64,000 nt of DNA from Macrostomum hystrix (GCA_950097015.1 CATNEN010000001.1:19344001-19408000), one strand, 5' to 3'; positions 23,230-36,719 are shown, numbered from the stretch's first letter. Numbers and translations: made by a program. Notes: generated by a model not told the origin, from the sequence alone.

Positions 23230-26200
23230 TGTGTATACTTCATATTTCGTATCCCAAAAGTGTTGCAAAAGTAAGCTGCTGGGGCTGAACAAAGCAATGG
23301 TATTAACAAGAAGAAAGCTAATGCTACTCGCAATACTCTTTCTATTCCATTCTAGGTTATCGAAGCTGAACGCCTTGGTGGCAGTGTATGCTTGTGTATA
23401 TCTTTTCCTGGTGATGAGCCGAACATCTTAGAGACTGCTGATACGAATGGTATGACCACTAGATCAGGCTTAGTGAATGTAAGTTATATTTATGACATCT
23501 GCTTTTTTCGTGAGTAGAGCAAAAGTTGCTCACTCTTTTCTCTGAGTAGAAGTGATCTGTTCCTTCTCTTATTAATTTTTCAATCTAAATCTGGAGCTTT
23601 CTAACCTTTTCGACAGCTCAAAAAAACTTTTTTATATAACTAGCCTTTAAGTTTTTACCATTGCTGAATCCGCCATTGCGGTTTATGACGCCGCCTGTCA
23701 CTTGTGAGGCCACATAGGGTGTCGCTCTGCGAGACTGGCAGTGATAGTTGCGCTTATCGCATCAGCGGAACTGTTTTCTCAGCAGCAGTTCTCACGGCGG
23801 TGCGAATGTCGGCACAGTTTACCTCCTGCTGAAAGCCAAGCGTGCTGCGTTAGCATTGCGCACGTCATCCAATCTAGCAGTCAAATAAATGAGCAAGAGT
23901 AAACACTCGCTTCGAAAGGTCTATTTTGAAATCTTTTGCGAACAAACATTCTGATCATTTTTCGTCATCAAATCACATCATCACAAAATTATTCATTTTG
24001 TGTTTGAATGAAAGTTAGTATGCGAGCGCAAAATAGTTTATAGAAAACTGTATGGCAGAACACATGTGTTTCTCCTTCTCATTTTTTAGAGAATGATGAC
24101 GCCTGCAGGTCCGATAAGTCTGACTCTGGACAGACAGCGCGCTGAGGTGGCCACAATTTTGCAAAAGAAGTACAGTAAGTATTTATGAATTTCAGACAAC
24201 CTAGTGTCTTAATTTTATGAGCTACATGTACGAGTAATTATATGCTTGATGTGTAATGCAGAGTACCAATGTTGATTGTCAAGCGCGAACAAATCTAAGC
24301 CCGGGAAGTTTTTGGTTTGTTTGCTTGTCAAGCCAACTGTTTGCAACCTGCAATACTTCTTCCGACATTCAGAAACCATGTTTGTTTCAAGCACCTTGTT
24401 GTTCAGAAACATATTTTCATTGTGATTTGATTAATAAATGGTACAATTTTTTTTCTCCAGAAGATAGCTGTAAAAGTGGCAAGCTCCGCTACGTTAAGTA
24501 TCCAGCACAAGGCGTGTGGCGCAACTGGCCTGAGAATGTGCCAAAAAATTTGCCCGTGAATATGCTGAAAAGGCATGAGCTTGCCGCGATAATTGCCGCA
24601 AAGGGTATTATATCTTTCGACCCAACGACAACTATTGATGACGATGTAAATCCTTTCGAGATGCAGCAGCGGCAGCGGAAAGAAAATGTCGCGCAACAAT
24701 CTCTGGTCGATGATGTGAGTTTGTGCACCTCTGTGTGAGCTTTAATTTAAATTATTAAGTATAATCTTTACTAAATGCAGTGTGCACTTTTTGTATTAAT
24801 TAAGAGACTAGCAAGTCAGTGTCAGTTCCAGTAAAAGCTTAACCATCTACGCGGGCGTGAATAAATATTTCTTCATGCTCCCTTAAATATTTACTTTCTA
24901 TGTTGTCGCCAATATCGTACGCTAAAGTCCATCTTTCAGTTCATCACGTCACAACATTCACTCTCTCCTTCGAAGTCACTAAGTCCCATCGGCGCAGACT
25001 TGACCGTACAACATCGGCGTAGGCCCGGAGCCTTGTGCTGTGCCTCGGTAAAGCGTCGTTGTCGGCTGGCGTGGGCGTAGTCGTTGGACTGCCTGGTCTC
25101 GCGGGTTCGGCAGTCGGTGGTGGGGCGGCCGGCAGCACAGCCGCAGCTATTGCGCAGGCGCATCTTCAGTCCATGGACTGGGGGGACGCCACACCCACCT
25201 TTAATTACCCCAGCTAATGCTGGTACCCGTTTAGCAGCTGTTTGCACTGAAGCAAAGCAAAGTTGAGTTTCTCGCAAAAGGACACAAATTGTACCAGTGT
25301 AGCCGGGAATCAAACCCCCGACCACACTCGAAGCCTGCAGTTTACAAGCAATGTTGTAGGAAACTATCCGTCGTGCTGCCGGTTTGGCTTCAACAGCTGC
25401 TTGCACTGCAGTTGTGGCGTAGTTTAGCCTTGAAAAATGTGACGACATAAAACTAAATATATATTCGTAAGTGACAGCGGTGCTTTCAAAACCTGTGAAT
25501 ACAACTTCAGAGTCCTCATTTTGTACTACTACGAGTCGAGTAGTTTTGAGATTATGGATTGTAATTCATGTACGTTATTGAATATTTCGTTTTGATTTTA
25601 TTGGAGATGATTAGCGCCCTTTAATGCAAATAAGAGCGACTTCTAAAGCTACGAGTACAATGCGTTTCTAAGACGAACAAAAATTTACGGATTTTTTGGA
25701 TAAAATGTAAATCGAGATTTTTATAAAAGCTAGCTCAGCTTACAAACAAGTTGAGTTAAGCCATTGCGTGAAGCAGTGTTACAGTATGAAAGTATTAAAA
25801 TAAGTTAAACCTTTCTCCTTGAGTCGTGATATCGGACAAAGAAAGCACACTAGAATGGTGACAGGATGCAGCGAACAGTCCGAATACATCTAGCTTTGCC
25901 TCATCGCTAGCCGGCACGAGTTCTCTGCCTCGCTCGCCCGCACTCCAGTTAGGACAGCTTATGGAGCCTTTCTTGATCTCCGGAACGACATCAGGTTCTA
26001 TAAAGAATCCTTCTTCTCCGTGCGGGTACAGCGGCAGTCTTATAGGCGATTATAGATAAATATATATATATAGATAGTTTTGAATTTTAGTATAGGGATA
26101 ACACGAGGTAAATGCTAAGTAGTCTAGACTCAGCCAGTACAGACAATAAAATACAACATTTGTGCAGACTTTACTTTTATGAAAATAAAAAGAAAAAAAC

Positions 26201-27910
26201 TGACCGTGTAGCAAGCAGGACATTCCGGCTTCTTCCCCCAGTGAACATCACCAAGGAATTGACGAAATGCATGCATTGATCCAAAAGTGTTTAGCTTTCG
26301 ATACAAGCTTGCCTGACGAAAAAAAGCGGCATAAAAATCGCAAAAAGAAACTGGCACGCAAATATCAGGAAAATTAGGCATGATCAAGCACTCGATAAGC
26401 AGCACAATGACAGTCTACAAAAACAAAAAATCGTAGATATTTTCGGAGAGGAACGACAAATGAGAAATGAAAAATGATCTCACCCCTGGTAAGCCCCACA
26501 ACGGGGCGCGGAAGGCCTCAAATGCAAGACACGCAGAGTACAAGGATGCCCCACACTGTGTGATGATTGACTCCAGAAGGAGTAGAATATCGATGGAAAC
26601 AGCAGTCGGGTGAGCTGCTCGATCCATGTTACTTTGGACAGGCCAGTACCGATGGGATACAAGCGTACTGAACAGGTCTGTACAGGAGCATACGACAACA
26701 GACGTCTTGATCTTGTTCCCTGTGATAAATGTAAATGTAGAATACTTCACTGGCGTGATTGGCATGGACTTTTACCCGCAACTTTCGTTTCGAGCCACCG
26801 AGTTATTTCCCAGATTTTTTATGACAGGACTTATGTTATCGTAAAAAGGCGAAGCTGGTTTGACTAGAGTGTAGTTACCCATCCAGCAACTGGCAGACTG
26901 GCGGGATAGGATGATAGTTAAGTCTGATTGCAGTAATTCTGATAGTAGCACTACTGGACAGTAGTGCATCACACTCATTGCTTTTCTTAAATTGTGAATC
27001 GCACTCTGCAGCGTCTATCTTCACTAACAATTTGGTGATAGAAATGGAATATAAGACTGAAAATGGAATACAAGAAAATGGAAATGATTCATAGCTTCGA
27101 AATGAACATTGTACATATGAACTGTGAGCTGCGCATTTACGTGATTGTCAATAAGCTTCACATTTACAGAACTTGTGGGGGTAGAACAACGGCAGGTGGC
27201 GGACAGGATACTTTGCTCCTCCATGGCAGAATAGACACAGCCCTGTTAACCATTTTTGTGTGGTTATTCGAATTTTAAGTTTGCCATGATTAAAAGAAAA
27301 ATAATTTCTTAGAAGCCAGCAACTGTGTAATATACTCATGTGAAAAATGTGAAAAAATTACAAAACAGACCCAATCTTAACCACTAAGTGAATCTACAAA
27401 TATTATATACAAATTCAATGCTTTGATTTCAACTTCATAAATTTATCGATTGAAAGTATAATGATTTTATGGACATTAGGCCGGGCTGCAAATAGTTATT
27501 TCCAGTATGAGACACAACACAACACAAAATCCAGCTGTCTTACATTCCACTGCTCAACAATATGAGGAGGCTGATGCTTGTGGTGCAACTTAAGGCAGGT
27601 TGCACAAACGTAAAGAAGATTACAAGCCTGGCAGCGAAATTGAGCATCCTGAGTACCACAGCTCATGCAATTACCACCGACAGTCGAATAGGCTGCAAAT
27701 GCGATAAGAGCAGTGGCTCTAAGGTCCCTCCAGGCATACTCGGAGTCTGTAACTCGATCAGTAAATGTTTTTCGCCTACTGTCTAACAGTTCGGCATCCG
27801 TGTCCACTACTGATGAAGTTGGAATTGAAGCAGGTTCTTCAGCCGAAGTTGAAGTCGCATAAAGTTGTCTAAGAAATTTAAGACGTGCACAAGTACATAT
27901 TGGCATCATT
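23230..27910 (-). pseudogene. KDZ (Kyakuja-Dileera-Zisupton) transposase, spliced and degraded
   Basis: CxC cluster CMSC..FRCQAC..VCATC..H..PHIVEQW (27496-27909); RYWP and CPAC exons (26130-26765); KLDVFGLFAASCHH..GER (~25810-25900); SYNIACK and VPPVHG (24936-25448); EWNRKK (~23340); GT-AG boundaries. Confidence 0.75.
24090..24714 (+). pseudogene. Two putative exons of an unknown transposon-associated gene
   Basis: AG/GT-bounded segments ~24090-24174 and 24461-24714 encoding ..RNWPENVPKNLPVNMLKRHEL.. Confidence 0.35.
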
Positions 27911-28148
27911 AGTAACGGTATAGACTCGCAGTACCATAGCTTTTAAGCATGATCACAAAATTTGTGGTTCACCTGCCAGTAAGCTCATCTGGATGGAGTA
28001 GAGAGATTACAAGAGGCAGTCAATTTAAGCAAACAACTTGCTAACAATATGAGTAAATAAGAGTTGAACTCTAAACTTTAAAAGTCTCTAATAGCTTTTA
28101 AAGTATTAGTATTAGTATAGCAGCTAATCATAAATCTGAAGAGTGGAA

Positions 28149-30074
28149 TGTAATATGTACATACCCGGTGGGACACCCGCGCCCAACCCGCGCCTTCCCG
28201 GGTTGTGGAGTGTGGAAGGAGTGTGGAAAGCGGCGATAGAGTCGGAGGTCGATCGCGTAGCTGCTCGCGAGTTGTCGCAAGAAGAGGGATGAGATGAAGG
28301 GAGGGATGAAGGGAGAGACGAGGAGGTACAATGGATGCAGGGAGTGGTCCTATTGGCCTCAGGCTGGCCAGTCCCACTAGTCCCATAGGCCACAGGCGTG
28401 ACTGCCGTGCCTACCCCTAGCAATGCTCGAAACCGGCTAAAAGTCTAAAGTGAGGTGTCGGACTATCCGTAATCAGACAGGGCTAGAGAGCCTACTGTCC
28501 TCAGTAGCATGTAAGTAACTGACTCCTAACCTTGGTAGCGGTGGTCGAAACGGCCCAGGCTCTTGTCACAGAAATGCGGAAAGGCTATTGGCAAAGCGGA
28601 AAATGATCTCAGGTAGCGCCACCACCCAATGCGCCTACGTTGCCACCGCAGACATTTGGGAACTTGGGTCCCCGGAGTACACAGCTCCCAGTTCATCACA
28701 CAGATCTAGACAAGCCGAAAAAAATAGGGCATTCTGCAACTTCCGTTTTAGACTGGGGTGAGAGCCCCAGAATGGATCGAGACACGCCTCAACAGGGGAT
28801 TCCTGAATTCGCGCTACAGGGTCTAGAAAGGTGGTACTAAGAACTCGAATGAAAATCCATAGCCGGAATCCTACTCATGAAACATCAGACACATTCTTTA
28901 CATTAGACTGCAGCCTACACATTAAGTAGCTAACAAACCCGAATCTGTGTGAGATGAGGAAATCAGAGGCTGGAGAGATTAAGCAGAACACTGGCTGAGT
29001 GATTACGCAAGTGACGATCATTAGATCACGCCTCTCGCTCCCATGGCCGCGGTTACGAGAGGCGGGGAAAAGTCGGAGAAATCAATTGGCAAAGGAATTT
29101 GACGCGCACACTGGAATCCGCCAGTGAGCGAGGAAAGCCGGCCAAGGAATCCCCCGCCCCTAGACAGCAATGCAGACGCTACATTCCGCATTTTACTCAC
29201 GAATCCCTAGCTCCTTATTACTCTTGTGCGCGCTCACAGTTGTCTTCCTGCCGCAGCCTTCGGCTCGGCCTCGCCAGAGCCCACCCCCTAGGAGATTAGC
29301 CACTCATCTATGAGTGCCGTCTAAGAGATAAAATAAACATGGAGAATAAAGCAGAGAGGATTTAAATTGTTATTAAAGATTGGCCTATGATTAATAGATT
29401 TGGCGATAGTTGTGCTAATTTATTAAGCCAAAAGTCCTAGTGCCCTTTTCCCACAAAAGTACCGCCTAGTTAAAGAAAAGTCCCTTAGGATTAACAATTA
29501 AAAAGCCGCTGCGCGGGTTACTTAGCTGGGTGCCGATTGCGTGCCACAGGCCTGTCGTTCTCGAAGGAGGGCAGGGCAAAATAGCAAAGACAGAGAAGGG
29601 AAAAAGCTAAAATGAGCTGGCAGGGGCCAACACACAAGTGGAGCTCTATGGCTCAATTTGAAGGCTCACCTAAAGAGGTGGCTTGAACTTAGGGGATTAG
29701 GAGCAGGCAATGTGCCTGTGGACTTAGCTGAGCTTGTAGCTCTGGGGTCTAAGCTGGGGAGAAGCTGTCCGGGGAAGATCTTGCGGTTGGGGAGTTTCCC
29801 GGAGGAAAGAGGGTCCTAGAGGGAGCGGCGCAGCGCGCTTTCTTATATAGTCCTGCAGCACGCCAACCTCGACATTCATCAGAATAACCCACATTCGCGC
29901 CAGCCTGTCAACGGGGAATCGAAGCGGCGATGGGCCGCCCCGATTACCCAATGAACCGACGGCGAGAAACGACAGATGCTCCTCGAGAGCAGCCGCCGGC
30001 AGACGGCCAATAATTGTTACTCCGCCAGGACAATGGGAAGCGCAGGCGCCGACCTGCCTACAGTGACATTTACA
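28149..30074 (+). repeat. GC-rich interspersed repeat family C, copy A (LTR/leader-like, non-coding)
   Basis: 28335-29790 is the reverse complement of ~36720-38200; best conserved over 28335-29320. Confidence 0.8.
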
Positions 30075-30455
30075 TGTATCTAAGAGAGGAGGTCATAAAG
30101 TCGAGCTAGGCTCGAATACTGTAAAGAAGTGGGGACATGAAGAATTAATGTTCACTCATAATGCCCGAGTGATTCCCGATATCTGATCGCGGTTTGGAGG
30201 AGAATTATGACCTAAACTACTCATACAATAAAAGCTATGGCCGCGATCAGTCATTCCTACAGGGGTCTAGACAGATCCAGGGAGAAGGGATTCGACGGCT
30301 ACTTAATTCACCGCCGCCCAAAACCCGGCCCTAAGATTAATGATCGTGTTTGCGGCCAGCTGCTATGTGGGTCGCAATTATTAGATACTTAAAAATTTGA
30401 AAAATTATGCTGGCTCACACTCCCACTCGATTCCCGCAGCACACTCCACATCATA

Positions 30456-30918
30456 GGTGACTTTCCAGGTTAATAAGTTCGAGTGGAAATCATTTGAAAT
30501 CATGAAGCCAACTCAGTCGTGTAGGAAATCATTTCTAGATTGATTTTCAATTGAATCCGACTCGATAAACTGTGCTCAAATCTATTGGGACACCGACGAC
30601 AGCCATATAGTACTGACATAGTCAGAGTCAAGATAAAATTTTCTAGGTGACTTTCCAGGTTAATAAGTTCGAGTGGAAATCATTTGAAATCATGAAACCA
30701 ACTCAGTCGTGCAGGAAATCATTTCTAGATTGATTTTCAATTGAATCCGACTCGATAAACTGTGCTCAAATCTATTGGGACACCGACGACAGCCATATAG
30801 TGTACTTACATAGTCAGAGTTAAGATAAAATTTTCTAGGTGACTTTCCAGGTTAATAAGTTCGAGTGGAAATCATTTGAAATCATGAAACCAACTCAGTC
30901 GTGTAGGAAATCATTTCT
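30456..30918. repeat. 190-bp tandem repeat (2.4 copies)
   Basis: Unit ggtgactttccaggttaataag.. starts at 30456, 30646 and 30838; same unit at 49082-49392. Confidence 0.95.
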
Positions 30919-30949
30919 GTGGGGGAGATCAGTAGGGTGAAAGGGAGAT

Positions 30950-31052
30950 CAGTAGGGTGAGAGGAAGTGTGGTAGTGAGATGCAGTAGGGTGAGAGGAAG
31001 TGTGGTAGTGAGATGCAGCAGAGTGAGAGGAAGTGTGGTAGTGAGATGCAGT
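30950..31052. repeat. 33-bp minisatellite
   Basis: gagaggaagtgtggtagtgagatgcagtagggt x3; also at 48230-48405. Confidence 0.9.
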
Positions 31053-31409
31053 ATATTTCGCAGGTATCCGAGTTGCATTGTATTTACGATTCTCATCCTG
31101 GATTCTCATTTTATATTCTCATTTTATATTCTCATCCTAGATTCTCATCCTAGTTTTCATCATAGATTCTCATCATAGAATCTCCAGGAAGAGAAAGCAG
31201 CAGCTCCACGACACCAAGCACGTCAAGAAAGACCAACCGGAAGGCCGTAAAAGTGCAGCGTCTACAGGTCTGAACACAATTATGAGCATACGAGCACACA
31301 TACATATATTTATGAGCACATGAGCACTGAGCACAACTGAATAACGAAAAATAACGAAACAAGTTCACTAAGTTGACTTGTAATGCCGCATGCTGTTGCC
31401 AGGAGCCGG

Positions 31410-31694
31410 TTACCAAGGACGCCACAAAGGCTGGGCTTTATCCTGATGCTGATGCTGCTGCTGCTGCTGCTGATGCTGGTCCATCGACTGGCTAGATTCT
31501 TCGTCAGTAGACAAAGCCGACACCGTTGATGAGGCCGAAGACTTGCAGCAGAAGCTTATGGCCGCAGATTGAGTCTTGGCTGAGCCATTCAAACGCCAAA
31601 CAGGCTGGGCTTTATCCTGATGCTGATGCTGCTGCTGCTGATGCTGGTCCATCGACTGGCTAGATTCTTCGTCAGTAGACAATTGTTTTGACAT
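31410..31694 (-). CDS. 94-aa HES-derived WRPW microprotein lacking the bHLH
   Basis: ATG-initiated ORF ending PLWRPW-stop; homologous to the C-terminus of the HES ORF at 51208-51576, with an internal duplication and Q/H runs. Confidence 0.55.
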   Translation of the reverse strand: MSKQLSTDEESSQSMDQHQQQQHQHQDKAQPVWRLNGSAKTQSAAISFCCKSSASSTVSALSTDEESSQSMDQHQQQQQQHQHQDKAQPLWRPW

Positions 31695-31738
31695 AAAAAC
31701 GATCCGTTTGATTCGACTTTCAGCAAATTCGACAACGC

Positions 31739-32002
31739 TTGACTAGTTCAAACGTCGGTAACAATCGGAATGGCGTTCTACAGGAACAGCAGCCGCTTGG
31801 CTCGAGTGCAGTCAGCGACAGTCGGAACGGAGCTTTGCTAGAACAGCAGCAACAGAAGCAGCCCAGCAGCCCATGGCAGCTGCTACCAACCACCACCACC
31901 ACCACTGGCAAGATCCAGTGGTGGAAGGAGAAGGGAGGGGCCGGGGCGGCCACTAATTTCACGCCGCCGGGGCCCCGGTGCCCTCCCTCACAGGAGAAAT
32001 AA
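31739..32002 (+). CDS. Q-rich small ORF (QPSSPW..KIQWWK..RCPPSQ), copy 1, no ATG start
   Basis: Paralogous to 56741-56950; the ~900-bp block 31850-32760 is duplicated at 56800-57730. Confidence 0.35.
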   Translation: MTSSNVGNNRNGVLQEQQPLGSSAVSDSRNGALLEQQQQKQPSSPWQLLPTTTTTTGKIQWWKEKGGAGAATNFTPPGPRCPPSQEK

Positions 32003-32851
32003 ATAAGGTTTGTCTAAGCTACCTATATGTGATACCTTTATTCCTTAATTCTTAATCCTTAATCGTTAATTCCTTAAATAAGAGCCAAGCGTGCAATTAT
32101 ACCCGTTTGCAGGTGTAAGTTTTCATTGAGTCTGGTAAAACAATATTTACCTTTAGCCTTTATAGCACCATTTATCAAAATGCGATTGTCACACTACAAT
32201 GCTAATGCAATATTACAACGTCGCAAAATGTACTCACATTCAATATGATTGTAGCCATAATGTCATATGTCGTGTCTTGTCGTGTTCGTGTTTAACCAGA
32301 AAATTGCATGAGCCATCCTCCAAGCTTTATAGCAAGTTTATCTGCAAATTTAAAGAAGCAGATAGCAACTGCGTACGAAGACAAACCCCTCACTCCACCT
32401 TCATGCTGTCCAATAACAAGCTGCTAACACACCTCGAAACCTCCCACTTCGTCATTTCAGACGCATTTTTGAGAGACAATTGAGTATATTCGCCTACGCA
32501 TATTCTCAGAATATTTTGGAATACATCTTTGCTTGTCTTCCTTTATTTCACTCATATTTATTTATTAGCTTGATGCACAGCCTAAATGTTTAGCTTCTTA
32601 GCTTTAGCTTAGCATGATAACCAACATATTTATCGAGCACTCCTTGCTTCGTGTTCCTGCACTTGCTCACTTGCTTTGCTTGCCTGCTTTGCTACAATTC
32701 GTAGCAAAAGTACATTTTTTCATTTCTACTAACATTTATACTAAGCTGCTACTAACAAATTATTGGTCCCAGGTAAAGAATAATTTGTCTGAACTCTGTC
32801 GCCTTAAAATGGTTAAGACACTTATCTATGCGGCGAGGTATTCTCTGGAAA

Positions 32852-34258
32852 TTAGACGGAGTCCAGCTTGCAATACCGGCAATGATGTCCGACAGACTTC
32901 ATATTCCTGCGACTAAAGCGGCAGCCTCCTTCTCCAAAATAAAAGTGCATTAACTTCCTTACTGCTCCCAGACAAACGGCTTGTTGAAAATCCAGAGGAA
33001 AACAGTTGACGAAGTCAATGTTGGGCAGGTCCAACAGTGGTGACTTGATGACCGCTCCTGTGGCGTCTTTTTTCTGGTTGTTCTCTACTAGGGATCGGTA
33101 CGCTTCCCCACATCTATTCTGGCCAGCAGTTACGGAAAATGACACTCTGCCTTCAGCACGCAAGCCCACGGCTCGACAATAACTGCATCCTAAGTAGCTT
33201 GTGTGACCCAGAGTGCACATTAAAAAACTGCGGGCAGGGGTGTCACAGACAAAATAAGTAGTGGAGAACATGATGCCGATTTTCTCACTGATTTTGACTG
33301 GACTAGACAGAAAGTTTTTTGCTTCTTGGCAAAACTGTCGCATGTACTCCTGTACTGGTGGCTTTCCAGTGCCGGCCCAAACAGCCACTGGAAAAGGCTT
33401 AGCGAATGCGGATGAAATTTTCATTAGGATTGGCCATAGAGTAATCGTACTGGATCGATAGAGAGGAAGTCCGTCACTGTTTAGAATTGCGTCGAATTTG
33501 TAACACTTTGTTTGACCTTCATGCAGCAAATTTTCTGGTCTCAGTGTCAACAAATTCGCGGAAAGTAGTTTCTGCAGATTCTCCAGAATAGAAATATAGC
33601 GAAAGTGCCCGTCTCCCATGGCCACCAAGTCACCAGTAGGACAGTCTTCTCTGACCAGGCGTTCAAACGTTTTGTACGATTTTGTGACAGGCAAACCAAT
33701 GTCGCGTAAACCCGATAATAGGAAAGCCATGGCGCTACGAGAAATGTTATATGTTGAAAAGAACAAAACAAGGAGTGCCTGTAGCCTTACCTCCAATGGC
33801 CGATTGTCTTCATCATTTTCGCTGTCCGTGTCGTCATCGCTCCGACTTTTCTGCTCAAAGTCGTCGAATTCTACCCTACTAAAATCTTCTTCTGTCTCCA
33901 TTTCCACATCGCCTTGACTTGCCGACTGCCGTCCACTGCCGACTGCCCAATGGCTGAGGGGACACTGCTGCGCCTCTCACTCTCAGCTTCTTCTCTAAAC
34001 ATGGCCAACAAGCTCTTGTTTGTCTTACTATTAATACTCCTAGAGGACATGCCATCCATGTTTTGTCTTAGTCTTAGTCTTAGTCTTAATATTAGTCTTA
34101 GTCTCAGTATTAGTCTTAGTCGCAGACTCAGTATTAGTATTAGTCGTAGTCTTAGTCTCACTTTCAACGCACTTTCAATGGCTGCAATACGAAGATTCGG
34201 AAGCTATTCGGCGCCAATGGCACAATCGGTAGCTATCGGTGGTTAGAGGATTTTTCAT
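32852..34258 (-). pseudogene. CACTA/EnSpm (CMC)-type transposase, 3'-truncated
   Basis: NSDGLPLYRSS..LWPIL, VCDTPARSF..GHTSYLGCSYC, FPLDFQQAVCLGAVRKL; 6-bp microsatellite at 34065-34157 in the N-terminal part. Confidence 0.85.
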
Positions 34259-34369
34259 AATGACGTGCCGTGAGCGAGCCCAGAGCCCCAACCCCCGTTT
34301 ACATGTATGTCTATGGCACAGACCCCAGCCCCCTCCCTCCCATCTTGTCAAGCCCTCGCGGGCGGACTT

Positions 34370-35875
34370 TGTTAAGTGCTTACTTTGTTCATATGATGAA
34401 ATAAAAAGTTCTTGCATCTCATATGCAGCTCTAAAGCAGGACTTGTCTGCAACTTGTCAATGGCGTCGCATCTCGGTTCTCTAGATTTGAACGAACCTGA
34501 ACGCGCACTCACTTGGCTTACTGCCTTTCGCGCATTGTCTCGTGCCAAAAAATGGACCGACGAAGAGGGAAAAAGAGAGATCGCCGACAATTTCATTGCA
34601 ATGTGTGGTCTGCCAACCCTCGAGAAGCTCACATCGCTGCTCGCGCCAAATGAGATCGATGGTCAAACTTTCCAAGCCATCGAGGAGGCTGTCAAAGCAT
34701 ATCTTCAGCCCAAGACACGCATCGTACTGGCGGAGCGCACCAAATTCTACACTCTACGGCAGCACGAGAATGAGGCCCTGCCCGACTTCTTAATACGTCT
34801 AAGGAAGGCCGCTCGTCACTGCAACTTCGATTCTCTGAAGCAAGCACAGAGCCCAGAGGATGAAATGATCAAGATCGCGCTTGTGGCCGGCCTGCATTGT
34901 CCACGAACACAGCAGAGAGTCCTTGAAGCCATGCAGGCGAAGGAGCTCTCCATCGAGGACATCGTCGACATGACAGGTCAAATCGGGCAAGTAAAGAGCT
35001 TCGTTGCCAATCAAGCTGCAGTCGGCAGTCCATCTGGCATTCCCGCTACGGCCACCACAAGTGGCGCGGGCGTGTCGCACTCGGAGATTCACCATAGTGA
35101 TCCAAGACGACAGAACCAGCATCGCAGCTGCCGCTATTGTGGGAAGTCCCATGCATCAGGGAAGTGCCCCGCCTTTGGCCAACGATGCAGCAAATGCTCA
35201 AAGCTGAACCACTTCGCTTCCGTGTGCCACTCCGCCCAATCCAAGCCAGTGCACAACGTGGAAGGACCGCATTCGGATGCCTCGGCTGCGCCTGGCAACA
35301 CCGACGTGCTGCACCTGTTCGATGCGGACGCGATTCACTCGGTAGAGGCCAGTCTGGAGAACATTTCCATCGGTGGGATTCGCGTTCCAATGCAACTGGA
35401 CACTGGCGCTGCCGTCAGCGTGATCTCGACAAGCATCTGGGACTCGCTGAAACGCCCAGCCCTAAAGACTTGCCACCGTCGCTTGCATGCCTATGACGGC
35501 ATCAACTAAAGGTGCTCGGCACCCTTTCCACGGCCATAGAGTTCCGCGGCCGATTGCATCCCGCAGAGCTGACCGTTGTCCACGCCTCCAAGTCATTTGG
35601 ACTGCTGGGTCGAGACTTGATGGAGTCCGACCAACTATTCAACGTAGCCGCCACTGCCACTGCCAACCCTCCTGTGGAGACTCTCCCAGTGATCCAGTGC
35701 ATCAAGGCCAAGATGGAGCTCATCGATGGTGCCACTCCAAAGTTCTGTCGCGCCCGCCAAGTCCCGATCGCTCTCGAGCCCGCTGTCAACGCCGAATTGG
35801 ACAGACTGCAGAAACTGGGCGTGATCGAGCCCGTCGATGGACCGGTAAGCAACGCTTCGCCTGTGGTGTGGTTCG
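34370..35875 (+). mobile_element. Truncated Ty3/Gypsy element: LTR remnant, gag-protease, start of RT
   Basis: Gag paralogous to 1618-2595 (ATG 34460 overlapping TGGCGTCGC); zinc knuckles; protease LDTGA; frameshift ~35505; LLGRDL..ARQVP..ELDRLQKLGVIEPV..ASPVV; no 3' LTR. Confidence 0.9.
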
Positions 35876-36719
35876 CTCAAACAGTTTAGCGAGCTCTGTT
35901 GGTCGACAGTCTCCGCGGCGCAGCCGTGACCGCTTAAACAGTTTACAGAGCTCTGTTGCTCGCCAGTCGCTACAGCATGACCGCTCGAGGAGCCCGGTAG
36001 CTCCTGTTGCACGTAAATATATCATATTTGCAGTTTTTCTGACTTTTTTCTGTACACTAGTGATAAAATGTATATCAATTGCATCCATTTGTAATTAACT
36101 TGTTTATCAATATTTCAGAAAACAACATTTCATCTGTCATCAACATTTCAACATTTCAACATGCCTTATGTTGTATTCGGCATTAAAACATCATTTTACA
36201 GGCCAGTATCAAATTGACCGTGACCGTTCAAGGCGTCAAAGGACCTCTGATGCTGGCGAGTCACCTCTCGACTGTGCGCGGTCAAAAATCCAGTTGCCTC
36301 TAGTGCCAGCTGTCGACGTAACCGTGTGCGCTTGGGAAGCCCGGTGACTCCTGTTGCAGGTGAGATTTCTGTGTACTGATTTTGTACATCAAATACCGAG
36401 CGGTGCTAGTCAGCTTAGCCATTGTGGCCAGTTTCAGTTTCACATGCCAATGCACCTGCCAATCCTTTAGCGCACACATTCTCTTCGACAGTGCCTCTAG
36501 AGGCCACTAATTTATTTGTCACTCGCCCGTCTATGTTAGCGAGCGTAGCGGATTTAGTTTTATATTCGTTGATTTTATAACTTAACTATCAGAAGCGAAA
36601 TTATCCTTTTTACAGGCCGTCGTGACCATGGGAGCTCTAGAAGTCCGCGCCAACAATTCAACGGTGAATCTTGAACCGACCCCTTGCGACTCCCTCGGAC
36701 CCGTGGGCTCTCCTTAGTC

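Noticed and set aside
25167-25180. 14-bp palindrome CAGTCCATGGACTG, repeated at 51959-51972, as a regulatory site
   Set aside because: Better explained as codons for the (P)VHGL motif in two KDZ transposase remnants.
29060-29080. RNase P-like GGAAAAGTC motif or group II intron in repeat C
   Set aside because: Not conserved in copy B, and no other diagnostic motifs were found.
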